A stretch of 34,341 nucleotides of DNA from an uncultured Desulfobacterales bacterium (GTDB taxonomy: Bacteria; Desulfobacterota; Desulfobulbia; Desulfobulbales; JAGXFP01): NCBI GenBank assembly GCA_965372675.1, contig CBDVDF010000001.1, forward strand, positions 1 to 34,341, in the 5' to 3' direction. Of the stretch, positions 1 through 6,652 are shown piece by piece. Under the pieces are notes generated by a model. The model worked only from the letters and a program-made list of their open reading frames with translations. It was not told where the DNA came from and made no database searches. The stretch's first letter is position 1. Each line of letters opens with the position of its first letter. A program made the position numbers and the translations under genes.

Positions 1-52
1 GGCGATAACGATTGACATTTCCTACACCTCTATTTTCTGTTTAATCGGTCAA

Positions 53-391
53 CTACCGGCGGCCGCCACGACCGCTACCGCTACCCATTCCACCACCTGC
101 CCCGGAGCCGCGATTGCCTTTCCTGTACTGGGCGCCGCTGCCGTCCTGCGGACCGGTACCACTACCTCTACCCATGTACCGCTGCTTCTGCTCAGAGGAC
201 ATCTCCCTAACCCTGGCCTGCCACTCGATCTGAAAAGCCGACCGCACTTCCCGGCTCTCCTGCTGCATGGTGCCACGCAACCCGGCCAGCTCCTCGGTGG
301 ACATCTCTGCGTAACCTCCAGCAAATACAGGGGAACAAGTCATCCCGACTATCAGGGCAGCAAAGCCAAGTACCTTTATTTTTTTTATCAT
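53..391 (-). CDS. small secreted protein with Gly-rich basic tail (possibly CpxP/Spy/ZraP-like periplasmic protein)
   Basis: 112-aa ORF. The ATG at 389-391 overlaps the stop of the upstream ArsR gene (ATGA). Signal-peptide-like N-terminus MIKKIKVLGFAALIVGMTCSPVFA. Two similar segments, EMSTEE... and EMSSEQKQ.... C-terminal GSG/GGG/RGG low-complexity tail. Family assignment is by resemblance only. Confidence 0.6.
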   Translation of the reverse strand: MIKKIKVLGFAALIVGMTCSPVFAGGYAEMSTEELAGLRGTMQQESREVRSAFQIEWQARVREMSSEQKQRYMGRGSGTGPQDGSGAQYRKGNRGSGAGGGMGSGSGRGGRR

Positions 392-834
392 GACTGATTA
401 TCCTTTGTTAATTTATTTATTGGATAGAAATAAGTTTTTACCTTCTTAGCCGACTGATTATTTCTGGAGGGGCTGCTTTTTTCGGGAATCTCATGCCGCT
501 CAAGAGAGGGGACGATGTTTTGCAGATCTTTGATCTCAGGATCATCTCCAAGCCAGTCATGCAAATTCTCCATAGCAGTCTTAGCGTAGACATTGCTCTG
601 CTCCGCAGTCAAACGATAGTGCACCCACATCTTCTCTTTATAGCTACTGACAAGCCCTGCCCCTTCGAGCAACTTAAGATGCTTCGAGATCGTCGGCTGG
701 GCGAGACCCAACAATGATCTGATCTCACAAACACACAAGCCTTTTACCTGCAGTATTTTAAGGATCTTGACCCTGGTCGGGTCAGCCAGGGCTTTCATTA
801 CTTTGATATATCGTTCCACTGAGTTTCCTATCAT
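388..834 (-). CDS. ArsR/SmtB-family metalloregulator (CVC metal-site type) with C-terminal extension
   Basis: 148 aa. Winged-HTH signature ALADPTRVKILKIL...GLCVCEIRSLLGLAQPTISKHLKLLEGAGLV, including LCVCE, which corresponds to the ELCVCDL metal site of ArsR. ATG at 832-834. Confidence 0.85.
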   Translation of the reverse strand: MIGNSVERYIKVMKALADPTRVKILKILQVKGLCVCEIRSLLGLAQPTISKHLKLLEGAGLVSSYKEKMWVHYRLTAEQSNVYAKTAMENLHDWLGDDPEIKDLQNIVPSLERHEIPEKSSPSRNNQSAKKVKTYFYPINKLTKDNQS

Positions 835-843
835 AAGCAGATG

Positions 844-877
844 GTTAAGTAGTTAGCTATTTAACTATATGCTTAAC
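844..877. promoter_or_regulatory. nested imperfect palindrome upstream of the ArsR gene (candidate operator)
   Basis: GTTAAG (844-849) / CTTAAC (872-877) enclose TAGTT (850-854) / AACTA (863-867), 10-43 bp upstream of the ATG at 834. Confidence 0.25.
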
Positions 878-1015
878 ATGCAATATAGTCAAGACAATAC
901 TTGCCCCCCCACACCATGCACAACTACTTGTAATCTTTAGATTTCTGCTTTGAGATTGACTATCGTCAGGGATTAAATCATTCGCTAAGCTCGATCCTGA
1001 CCTCAACACGGATAT

Positions 1016-1055
1016 AAAAAAAGGCCGCAACCATTAAGCTGGTTGCGGCCTTTTT
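1016..1055 (-). terminator. rho-independent terminator after the second ArsR gene (looks bidirectional)
   Basis: Perfect 10-bp stem GGCCGCAACC (1023-1032) / GGTTGCGGCC (1041-1050) with an 8-nt loop. An A7 run on the left gives a U-run on the minus strand; T5 lies on the right. Confidence 0.7.
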
Positions 1056-1075
1056 CTTTTCTATAATCTAAGGGA

Positions 1076-1348
1076 TTAGATCAAGCAGTCAATGATCCTT
1101 CCGTAAACGGGTTCTGCGAGCCGGTAGAACACCTTGCGACCCTGGCGCTGTTTCTTCACCACCCCGCGATCACTCAACAAGCGCAAGTGGGAAGAAACCA
1201 TCTGGCTCGGAATCTCGCAAACTCCGGCCAGTTCACCGACCGACACCGCTCTGCCAGCCAAGATCTGGATCATCTTTAACCTTACTGGATGAGCCATCAC
1301 CTTCAGGGAGTCGGAGGTTTTTTGCAAATGCTGCATGTTCATCGCCAT
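1076..1348 (-). CDS. ArsR-family transcriptional regulator (small, no CVC site)
   Basis: ORF 1076..1435 trimmed to the ATG at 1346-1348 (GGTGA 5 nt upstream), giving 90 aa. Winged-HTH LKVMAHPVRLKMIQILAGRAVSVGELAGVCEIPSQMVSSHLRLLSDRGVV. Confidence 0.8.
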   Translation of the reverse strand: MAMNMQHLQKTSDSLKVMAHPVRLKMIQILAGRAVSVGELAGVCEIPSQMVSSHLRLLSDRGVVKKQRQGRKVFYRLAEPVYGRIIDCLI

Positions 1349-1376
1349 CTCATCACCATAATGTCTGTCGAGCCTG

Positions 1377-1491
1377 TTGTTGAACGGGAGAGGATGTCCG
1401 CCACCAAGGAGTATAAGGATGAAGTGTGTAACCAAGGCAAGTTACAAGGGGCATGCGTGAGAAGCAGCGAACACCCTCTCCCGTTCAACAA
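1377..1491. repeat. 17-bp perfect inverted repeat separated by 81 bp
   Basis: TTGTTGAACGGGAGAGG (1377-1393) is the exact reverse complement of CCTCTCCCGTTCAACAA (1475-1491). It lies in the divergent intergenic region between the ArsR gene and the response regulator. Confidence 0.6.
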
Positions 1492-1542
1492 TCTGCGGTT
1501 CGATCTTTAAGACCACTATAGGGCCATTCTTGACAAGTTGCT

Positions 1543-1607
1543 GTTAAGTTACTGTTAAACGGTGTAAAGTTTTGTTAAGCTCCATAGATCTCTTTACAAA
1601 AGTTTAC
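1543..1607 (+). promoter_or_regulatory. three pairs of phased GTAAA/GTTAA pentamers (candidate OmpR/CpxR-type response-regulator boxes)
   Basis: GTTAA (1543-1547) N6 GTTAA (1554-1558). GTAAA (1564-1568) N5 GTTAA (1574-1578). TTTAC (1593-1597) N5 TTTAC (1603-1607), which is GTAAA-N5-GTAAA on the other strand. All lie 70-135 bp upstream of the regulator ATG. Confidence 0.4.
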
Positions 1608-1678
1608 AGTCACCGCTCTGTTTTTCGGCTAGAATGGTGGCTTATTACGTTTCAAAACACAGCTAAAGACAGGAAAAG

Positions 1679-2395
1679 ATGATGACCATTCTGGTGATTG
1701 ACGACGACACCGAGCTTTGCGAACTTCTCAGCGATTATCTGGTCCCGGAAGGATTTGAAGTCGAGACCGTTCATGACGGTGCAACCGGGGCAGAGCGCGT
1801 CCTGGCCGGCAACTATGACCTGGTCATACTCGATGTCATGCTGCCGGGCCTGAACGGCTTTGATGTCCTCCGAAAGATCAGGGCCGCTTCAGCGGTGCCG
1901 GTCCTGATGCTCACTGCCCGGGGTGATGATGTGGACCGCATCGTCGGCCTGGAACTGGGGGCTGATGATTACCTGCCCAAACCCTTCAACCCGCGGGAAA
2001 TGGTGGCCCGGATCCGGGCCATTCAGCGGCGGACCGCCCCCACCGTTTCCGGCCGGGAAGCAGCCGGTGAGAAACCTGCCAAGATCGCGGTCGGCGACAT
2101 AGAACTGAACCCGGCGACCCATACCGTCCTGTGCAATAATAGCAAAGTGGAACTCACCGCCGTCGAGTTCTCTCTCTTGCACCATCTGTTGTTGAAGGCC
2201 GGCGAGGTCATCTCCAGAGATCAGTTGGCCGACAATGTCCTGGGCCGCAAACTGGAATTATTCGATCGCAGCATCGATGTCCATATCAGCAGCATCCGCA
2301 AGAAACTCGGCCGCCAGAACAACGGCCGGGAAAGGATCATCTCTATCCGCGGCGTCGGCTACCAGTATCTGCCGAACGAACCCTCCGATTCTTAA
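1679..2395 (+). CDS. OmpR/PhoB-family (CpxR-like) response regulator
   Basis: 238 aa. Receiver domain (DDD acidic pocket, phospho-Asp in LVILDVMLPG, LTARGD, KPF) plus a winged-helix output domain (LTAVEFSLLHHLL..., RGVGYQY). AGGAAAAG Shine-Dalgarno before the ATG at 1679. Confidence 0.92.
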   Translation: MMTILVIDDDTELCELLSDYLVPEGFEVETVHDGATGAERVLAGNYDLVILDVMLPGLNGFDVLRKIRAASAVPVLMLTARGDDVDRIVGLELGADDYLPKPFNPREMVARIRAIQRRTAPTVSGREAAGEKPAKIAVGDIELNPATHTVLCNNSKVELTAVEFSLLHHLLLKAGEVISRDQLADNVLGRKLELFDRSIDVHISSIRKKLGRQNNGRERIISIRGVGYQYLPNEPSDS

Positions 2396-2417
2396 TTAAC
2401 AATCCCCAAGGGAATTT

Positions 2418-3827
2418 ATGCCCAGACTATTCATAAAGATATTCCTCTGGTTCTGGCTGGCCATGACCCTGATCGGCGGGATTCTGGTCACCCTGGCCCT
2501 GACCACCAACCCCCAGCAGGCCTTTCTGGCAAGACAGCAACAGCGACTGACCAGGTACGGCAACGAACTGGTCCGGATCTACGAAGAAGATGGCCCCCAG
2601 GGTCTGACCGAGAAGATCAATAATATACGGGAAGAAGAGCAGATCCGCCTGGCATTGGTCAACATCAAGACCCAGCACCTGGGCAGCCAGCCCGAGCAAC
2701 CTCACCTGCGGGATTTTGCCCGCCGGGCCCTGACCGAAAGCATGCTGCCTCCTCGGGCCGGGAGAATGCAGCCAAACCGCAGAGACCACACTTTCGCGAT
2801 CCCCCTGGCCGATGATTATCTGCTGCTGGCAGAAATGCCTAAACCATCCCAGCTTGAGCTGCTCCTTGACCCCCAGGCCCTGACCCTGCGCCTCGGCGCT
2901 ACTTTCCTGATCGCCGGGATCATCTGTTACCTGTTGGCCAGATCGATCTCGACCCCGATCATGAAATTACGCAAAGCCACCCAGGAATTCTCCAGCGGCC
3001 ACCTTTCGACCCGGGTCTCGCCCGGTTTTGGCCAGAGCAAGGGAGAACTCGCTGAACTGGCCCACGATTTCGATACCATGGCCGAACGGATCGAAGGCCT
3101 GCTTGCGGCCCAACGGCGGCTGTTAAGAGATATCTCCCATGAATTACGCTCACCGCTGGCCAGACTGGGGGTTGCCCTGGAACTGGCGCGGAGGGGCGGA
3201 CCCGTAAGTAGTGATCCCCTGGCCAGAATAGAAAAAGAGTCTGAGCGATTAAACGAGCTGATCGGCCAGCTGCTGACCATCACCCAGCTGGAGAGCCAGA
3301 CCGGCCTGAAGACAAACGAGCAAGTAGATCTGGCTGAACTGCTGACCGCGATCATTGAAGATGCCAATTTCGAAAGCCAGACCGGCAACCGCCAGGTATC
3401 TATCGAGATCGGCCAGCAAGGGTCGCTAAATGGTTCTCATGAATTGCTGGGCCGGGCCTTCGAGAATGTGATCCGCAATGCCCTGCGCCATACGGCTGAG
3501 GGCAGCACGGTTGATGTCCATCTTGGTCTTGCCGAGGATGGCCGATCGGCCGAGGTCACGATCAGAGATCATGGACCGGGTGTCCCGCCCCAGGCCCTCA
3601 CAGAACTATTCCAGCCCTTTTTCCGGGTCAGTAAATCTCGAAATCAGCAAAATGGCGGCTCGGGCGTAGGCCTGGCAATAGCTGAAAGGGCGATCAAACT
3701 GCATGGCGGCAGGATAATCGCCGCCAACCACCCTGAAGGCGGCATGCTGTTTACCATCCTGCTACCGAATGAACCGCAGAATATCGAACTAGGAATAATG
3801 AATGATGAAGGGAGGAAGATTTCTTAA
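2418..3827 (+). CDS. sensor histidine kinase (two TM segments, HAMP, HisKA, HATPase_c; CpxA-like)
   Basis: 469 aa. N-terminal TM helix, periplasmic segment, second TM helix, HAMP. H-box ISHELRSPL, N-box NVIRNALRH, G1 DHGPGV, G2 GGSGVGLAIA. The last ~19 codons and the stop lie inside a repeat element (see repeat 3769-3903). Confidence 0.9.
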   Translation: MPRLFIKIFLWFWLAMTLIGGILVTLALTTNPQQAFLARQQQRLTRYGNELVRIYEEDGPQGLTEKINNIREEEQIRLALVNIKTQHLGSQPEQPHLRDFARRALTESMLPPRAGRMQPNRRDHTFAIPLADDYLLLAEMPKPSQLELLLDPQALTLRLGATFLIAGIICYLLARSISTPIMKLRKATQEFSSGHLSTRVSPGFGQSKGELAELAHDFDTMAERIEGLLAAQRRLLRDISHELRSPLARLGVALELARRGGPVSSDPLARIEKESERLNELIGQLLTITQLESQTGLKTNEQVDLAELLTAIIEDANFESQTGNRQVSIEIGQQGSLNGSHELLGRAFENVIRNALRHTAEGSTVDVHLGLAEDGRSAEVTIRDHGPGVPPQALTELFQPFFRVSKSRNQQNGGSGVGLAIAERAIKLHGGRIIAANHPEGGMLFTILLPNEPQNIELGIMNDEGRKIS

Positions 3828-3903
3828 TTGAAAGAGTACATTCCTTCGATATTCGAAATTCCTCGGAGTCTGCGCTTACCTGTTCAACATTCAATATTCA
3901 AAC
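3769..3903. repeat. MITE/REP-like palindromic repeat element, copy 1
   Basis: A 38-nt core (3791-3828) matches 33915-33952 at 37/38 positions. A 22-nt block (3842-3863) is identical to 34006-34027. The termini match the opposite termini of copy 2 in reverse complement (about 25 nt, 2-3 differences). Confidence 0.6.
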
Positions 3904-4105
3904 GAAAAGAACCAGGAGCTAGGCATTTCTTTGCCCTTAGACCATTTGTAGGTTGGGTTAAGCGGATGATCGGCGCTGTTCTTGTTGGGTTCGCCTCGCT
4001 TGTAGAAATCTCAAGATATCGAGAGTGCTGTATTATGTAGCAAACCCAACAAAATGAGGATGAAACAGTCGGCTTAAGCCAACCGACAATCTTACCACCA
4101 GCCTG

Positions 4106-5398
4106 CTACAACTCGCTGACCACCTCTACCAACTTACCTATCAGCATATCCAGATCATCTTTACCGATATTATAGGCCGGCATGATATAAACCAGCCGAC
4201 CGAAAGGCCTGATCCAGACCAGCTTGTCAACGAACTGCTGTTGAAGAAGTCGATGATCGGGCTGTTCCGCCAGTTCGACAACCCCGATCGCTCCCAGAAC
4301 CCTGACATCCCTGACCGCCTGCAGCTCCAGACACTCCGCCAGTCCTTCCTGCAATCTGACGGCGATTGCCGCCACCCGCTCCTGCCAGGGCGACCCCAGA
4401 AGGAGATCAATGCTTGCGCAGGCCACCCGACAGGCCAGAGGGTTGGCCATAAAAGTCGGGCCGTGCATGAAACAACCGGCCCCGCCGGCGGAGATGGTTT
4501 CGGCAATGTGAGCGGTGGTCATGGTCGCCGCCAGGCTCAGATAGCCGCCGGTCATTGCCTTGCCGAGACAGAGGATATCAGCCGAGATCGCCGCATGTTC
4601 GCAGGCGAACAGTTTACCGGTCCGCCCGAAACCGGTGGCGATCTCGTCAGCGATCAACAGGACCTCGTATTGGTCGCAGAGCTGCCGGGCCCGTTTAAGA
4701 TATTGAGGAGCATAGAACCACATGCCACCGGCACCCTGAACCACCGGTTCAAGGATCAGGGCCGCGATCGATCGATGATTGGCGATCAGCAGCTCTTCAA
4801 GCGGCTTGATCTCCTCCTCGTCCCATTGATCCGTGAAGCGACATTGCGGTTTCGGCGCAAAGAATTGTTTGGGTAAAATACGGGTGAAAACCTCATGCAT
4901 CCCCGTCACCGGGTCACAAACAGACATGGCCGCAAAGGTGTCGCCATGGTAGCCACCCCGAATAGTCAGCAGCTGATGCTTCTCGGGTCGTTGCCTGGCA
5001 TGCCAATATTGGATGGCCATTTTGATCGCTACTTCAACCGCCACCGAACCTGAATCAGAGAAAAAAACCTTATCCAGCGCTCCCGGAGTGATCGCCACCA
5101 GTTTTTGCGCCAACTGAATGGCCGGTTCATGGGTCAGGCCACCGAACATCACATGGGAAAAATTCTCGATCTGGCTGTGGGCAGCTTCATTAAGACGGGG
5201 ATGATTATAACCGTGGATCACCGACCACCAGGAAGACATGCCGTCGATAAGCTCGCGGCCATCCGCCAGGGTAAGCCGACTGCCACTTGCCGCCACCACC
5301 GGATAAACCGGCGGCGGAGACAGCATGGTCGAATAGGGATGCCAGATATGCTGTCGGTCAAAAGCCAGTAATTGGTCTATTTTGCTGTTCTTATCCAT
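4106..5398 (-). CDS. bioA: adenosylmethionine-8-amino-7-oxononanoate aminotransferase
   Basis: 430 aa. N-terminal FDRQHIWHPYS, HGYNHP, class-III aminotransferase motifs DEIATGFGRTGKLFA and LCLGKAMTGG (PLP Lys). Full-length BioA-like. Confidence 0.9.
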   Translation of the reverse strand: MDKNSKIDQLLAFDRQHIWHPYSTMLSPPPVYPVVAASGSRLTLADGRELIDGMSSWWSVIHGYNHPRLNEAAHSQIENFSHVMFGGLTHEPAIQLAQKLVAITPGALDKVFFSDSGSVAVEVAIKMAIQYWHARQRPEKHQLLTIRGGYHGDTFAAMSVCDPVTGMHEVFTRILPKQFFAPKPQCRFTDQWDEEEIKPLEELLIANHRSIAALILEPVVQGAGGMWFYAPQYLKRARQLCDQYEVLLIADEIATGFGRTGKLFACEHAAISADILCLGKAMTGGYLSLAATMTTAHIAETISAGGAGCFMHGPTFMANPLACRVACASIDLLLGSPWQERVAAIAVRLQEGLAECLELQAVRDVRVLGAIGVVELAEQPDHRLLQQQFVDKLVWIRPFGRLVYIMPAYNIGKDDLDMLIGKLVEVVSEL

Positions 5399-5404
5399 TG
5401 CGAG

Positions 5405-6652
5405 CTACAGTTTCTCCACCATCCTGATGATCTGAAAGTAGTTGGCGAACGCTTCACTTTTAGCCGCCACATAATTGAATCTGGCCCGGGACAGGCTGGT
5501 GATCGCATCAAGCAACTCCGACTCGGTCGAAACCCCTTCCTCGTAAGCCAGTCTGGTCACCCGCAGATTCTCCGCCGCCTGAGCGATACTGCTGTTGGCC
5601 ACCGCAACATTATCGATACTGACCCGATAATCGAGAAAAAGGTTCTGCAACTGGATCGTATACTCCTGCCTGGCCTCAGCAAGATCGAACAGGACTCCTT
5701 CGGCCTCATGCCTGGCCGCCCTGACCTTGGAGCCACTACCAAACCCGTCAAAAAGGTTCATTGAAACAACCAGCTGGGTGCGAATTTCCTCGTCGGGCTT
5801 GATGGCGCTGAGAAAATCGTCATCATACTTGCTGTATATGCTGGCCAGATCGACCCGGGGATAATAAAGGGCGCGGGCAGCCTTGGTCTGCATGGCCGCC
5901 GCTGCGGCGGCCTCGGCCAGAAACTGCAACTCACTGCGGTTGGCGAGCATCTGCTGCTGATAAACGCTTTCCTCTTCGAGGCTCGGCAACTCGGTAAATT
6001 CCGCAAAGGTCAGTTGATCGAGATCAACCTCTGCACCAACCTCCCTTAGCAAAAGCCCCTGACTCTTGGCCAGTTCGGCACTCGCCTTTTTCCGGGCGAT
6101 CACCGCATTGTCCAGATCAACCTTGAACTTCAGCATCTCACTCTTGCGGATCAGCCCGACCTCGAAGCGATTAACGGCATCATTATGCAGTTTGGCCAGG
6201 GTGGCGGATGAATCCTCGGCCACCTGCAGGCTGGCCTTGCGGTTGAAGATCTCCAGATAGCGCAGAGCCACCGCCAACCTGATGTCCTGCTGCACTCCCT
6301 GTAGTTTATGGGCCTCCGCCTGCCGTAAGAGGGCCGCCGACTTGATATTATAGCGGTCCCGAAAACCGGCGAAGATGTTCAGGCTGATCCGACCCGAGGT
6401 CACACTGTTTTCACTGGCTTCATAAGGGTGGTTGGCTTCGTCCAGCCAGTTGGCCGTATAACTTAGATCAACGGAAGGATAAAGATAGCTGCGGGCCAGC
6501 CCCTCATCCTGCCGACTCTTCTCCAGGTCGGCAAGATGCCGGCGGACCACCGCCCGATTCTCCAGAGCCTGGCCCTGCAGGCCGGCCAGATCAGCAGCCA
6601 TCGCAGGGCTGGTCAGCAGCAGGATACCAACAGCGATATTAATTATTTTCAT
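5405..6652 (-). CDS. TolC-family outer-membrane efflux protein
   Basis: About 415 aa from the ATG at 6650-6652 (the ORF track starts one codon earlier at a TTG). Signal peptide MKIINIAVGILLLTSPAMA. Two-repeat alpha/beta OMF-like sequence. Overlaps the RND gene end and forms an operon with it. Confidence 0.85.
   Translation of the reverse strand: MKIINIAVGILLLTSPAMAADLAGLQGQALENRAVVRRHLADLEKSRQDEGLARSYLYPSVDLSYTANWLDEANHPYEASENSVTSGRISLNIFAGFRDRYNIKSAALLRQAEAHKLQGVQQDIRLAVALRYLEIFNRKASLQVAEDSSATLAKLHNDAVNRFEVGLIRKSEMLKFKVDLDNAVIARKKASAELAKSQGLLLREVGAEVDLDQLTFAEFTELPSLEEESVYQQQMLANRSELQFLAEAAAAAAMQTKAARALYYPRVDLASIYSKYDDDFLSAIKPDEEIRTQLVVSMNLFDGFGSGSKVRAARHEAEGVLFDLAEARQEYTIQLQNLFLDYRVSIDNVAVANSSIAQAAENLRVTRLAYEEGVSTESELLDAITSLSRARFNYVAAKSEAFANYFQIIRMVEKL

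Noticed and set aside
49-324. 91-aa minus-strand ORF overlapping the small secreted-protein gene.
   Set aside because: It is an alternative frame of the Gly-rich coding repeat. It lacks a signal peptide and lacks the ATGA coupling to the ArsR gene that the 53..391 frame has.
2368-2400. The 3' end of the response-regulator gene (…CCGAACGAACC…GATTCTTAATT, encoding LPNEPSDS) resembles the kinase 3' end and repeat junction (CCGAATGAACC…GATTTCTTAATT, LPNEP…).
   Set aside because: Only two blocks of about 11 nt are similar, and only about 6 nt of that belongs to the repeat element proper. This could be coincidence, and I cannot distinguish a solo remnant without more copies.
3828-4040. 70-aa ORF after the kinase gene, and the similar 73-aa ORF at 33926..34147.
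   Set aside because: Both begin inside the repeat-element core, in different frames in the two copies. They have no Shine-Dalgarno, one uses a TTG start, and they read through intergenic repeat sequence. They are most likely not genes.
3982-4052. 10-bp inverted repeat TTGTTGGGTT (3982-3991) / AACCCAACAA (4043-4052), plus a related GGTTGGGTT at 3952-3960, downstream of bioA.
   Set aside because: It is short and AT/GT-rich, with no U-run in the right position for a terminator and no second copy in the window. That is not enough to call an RNA or repeat family.
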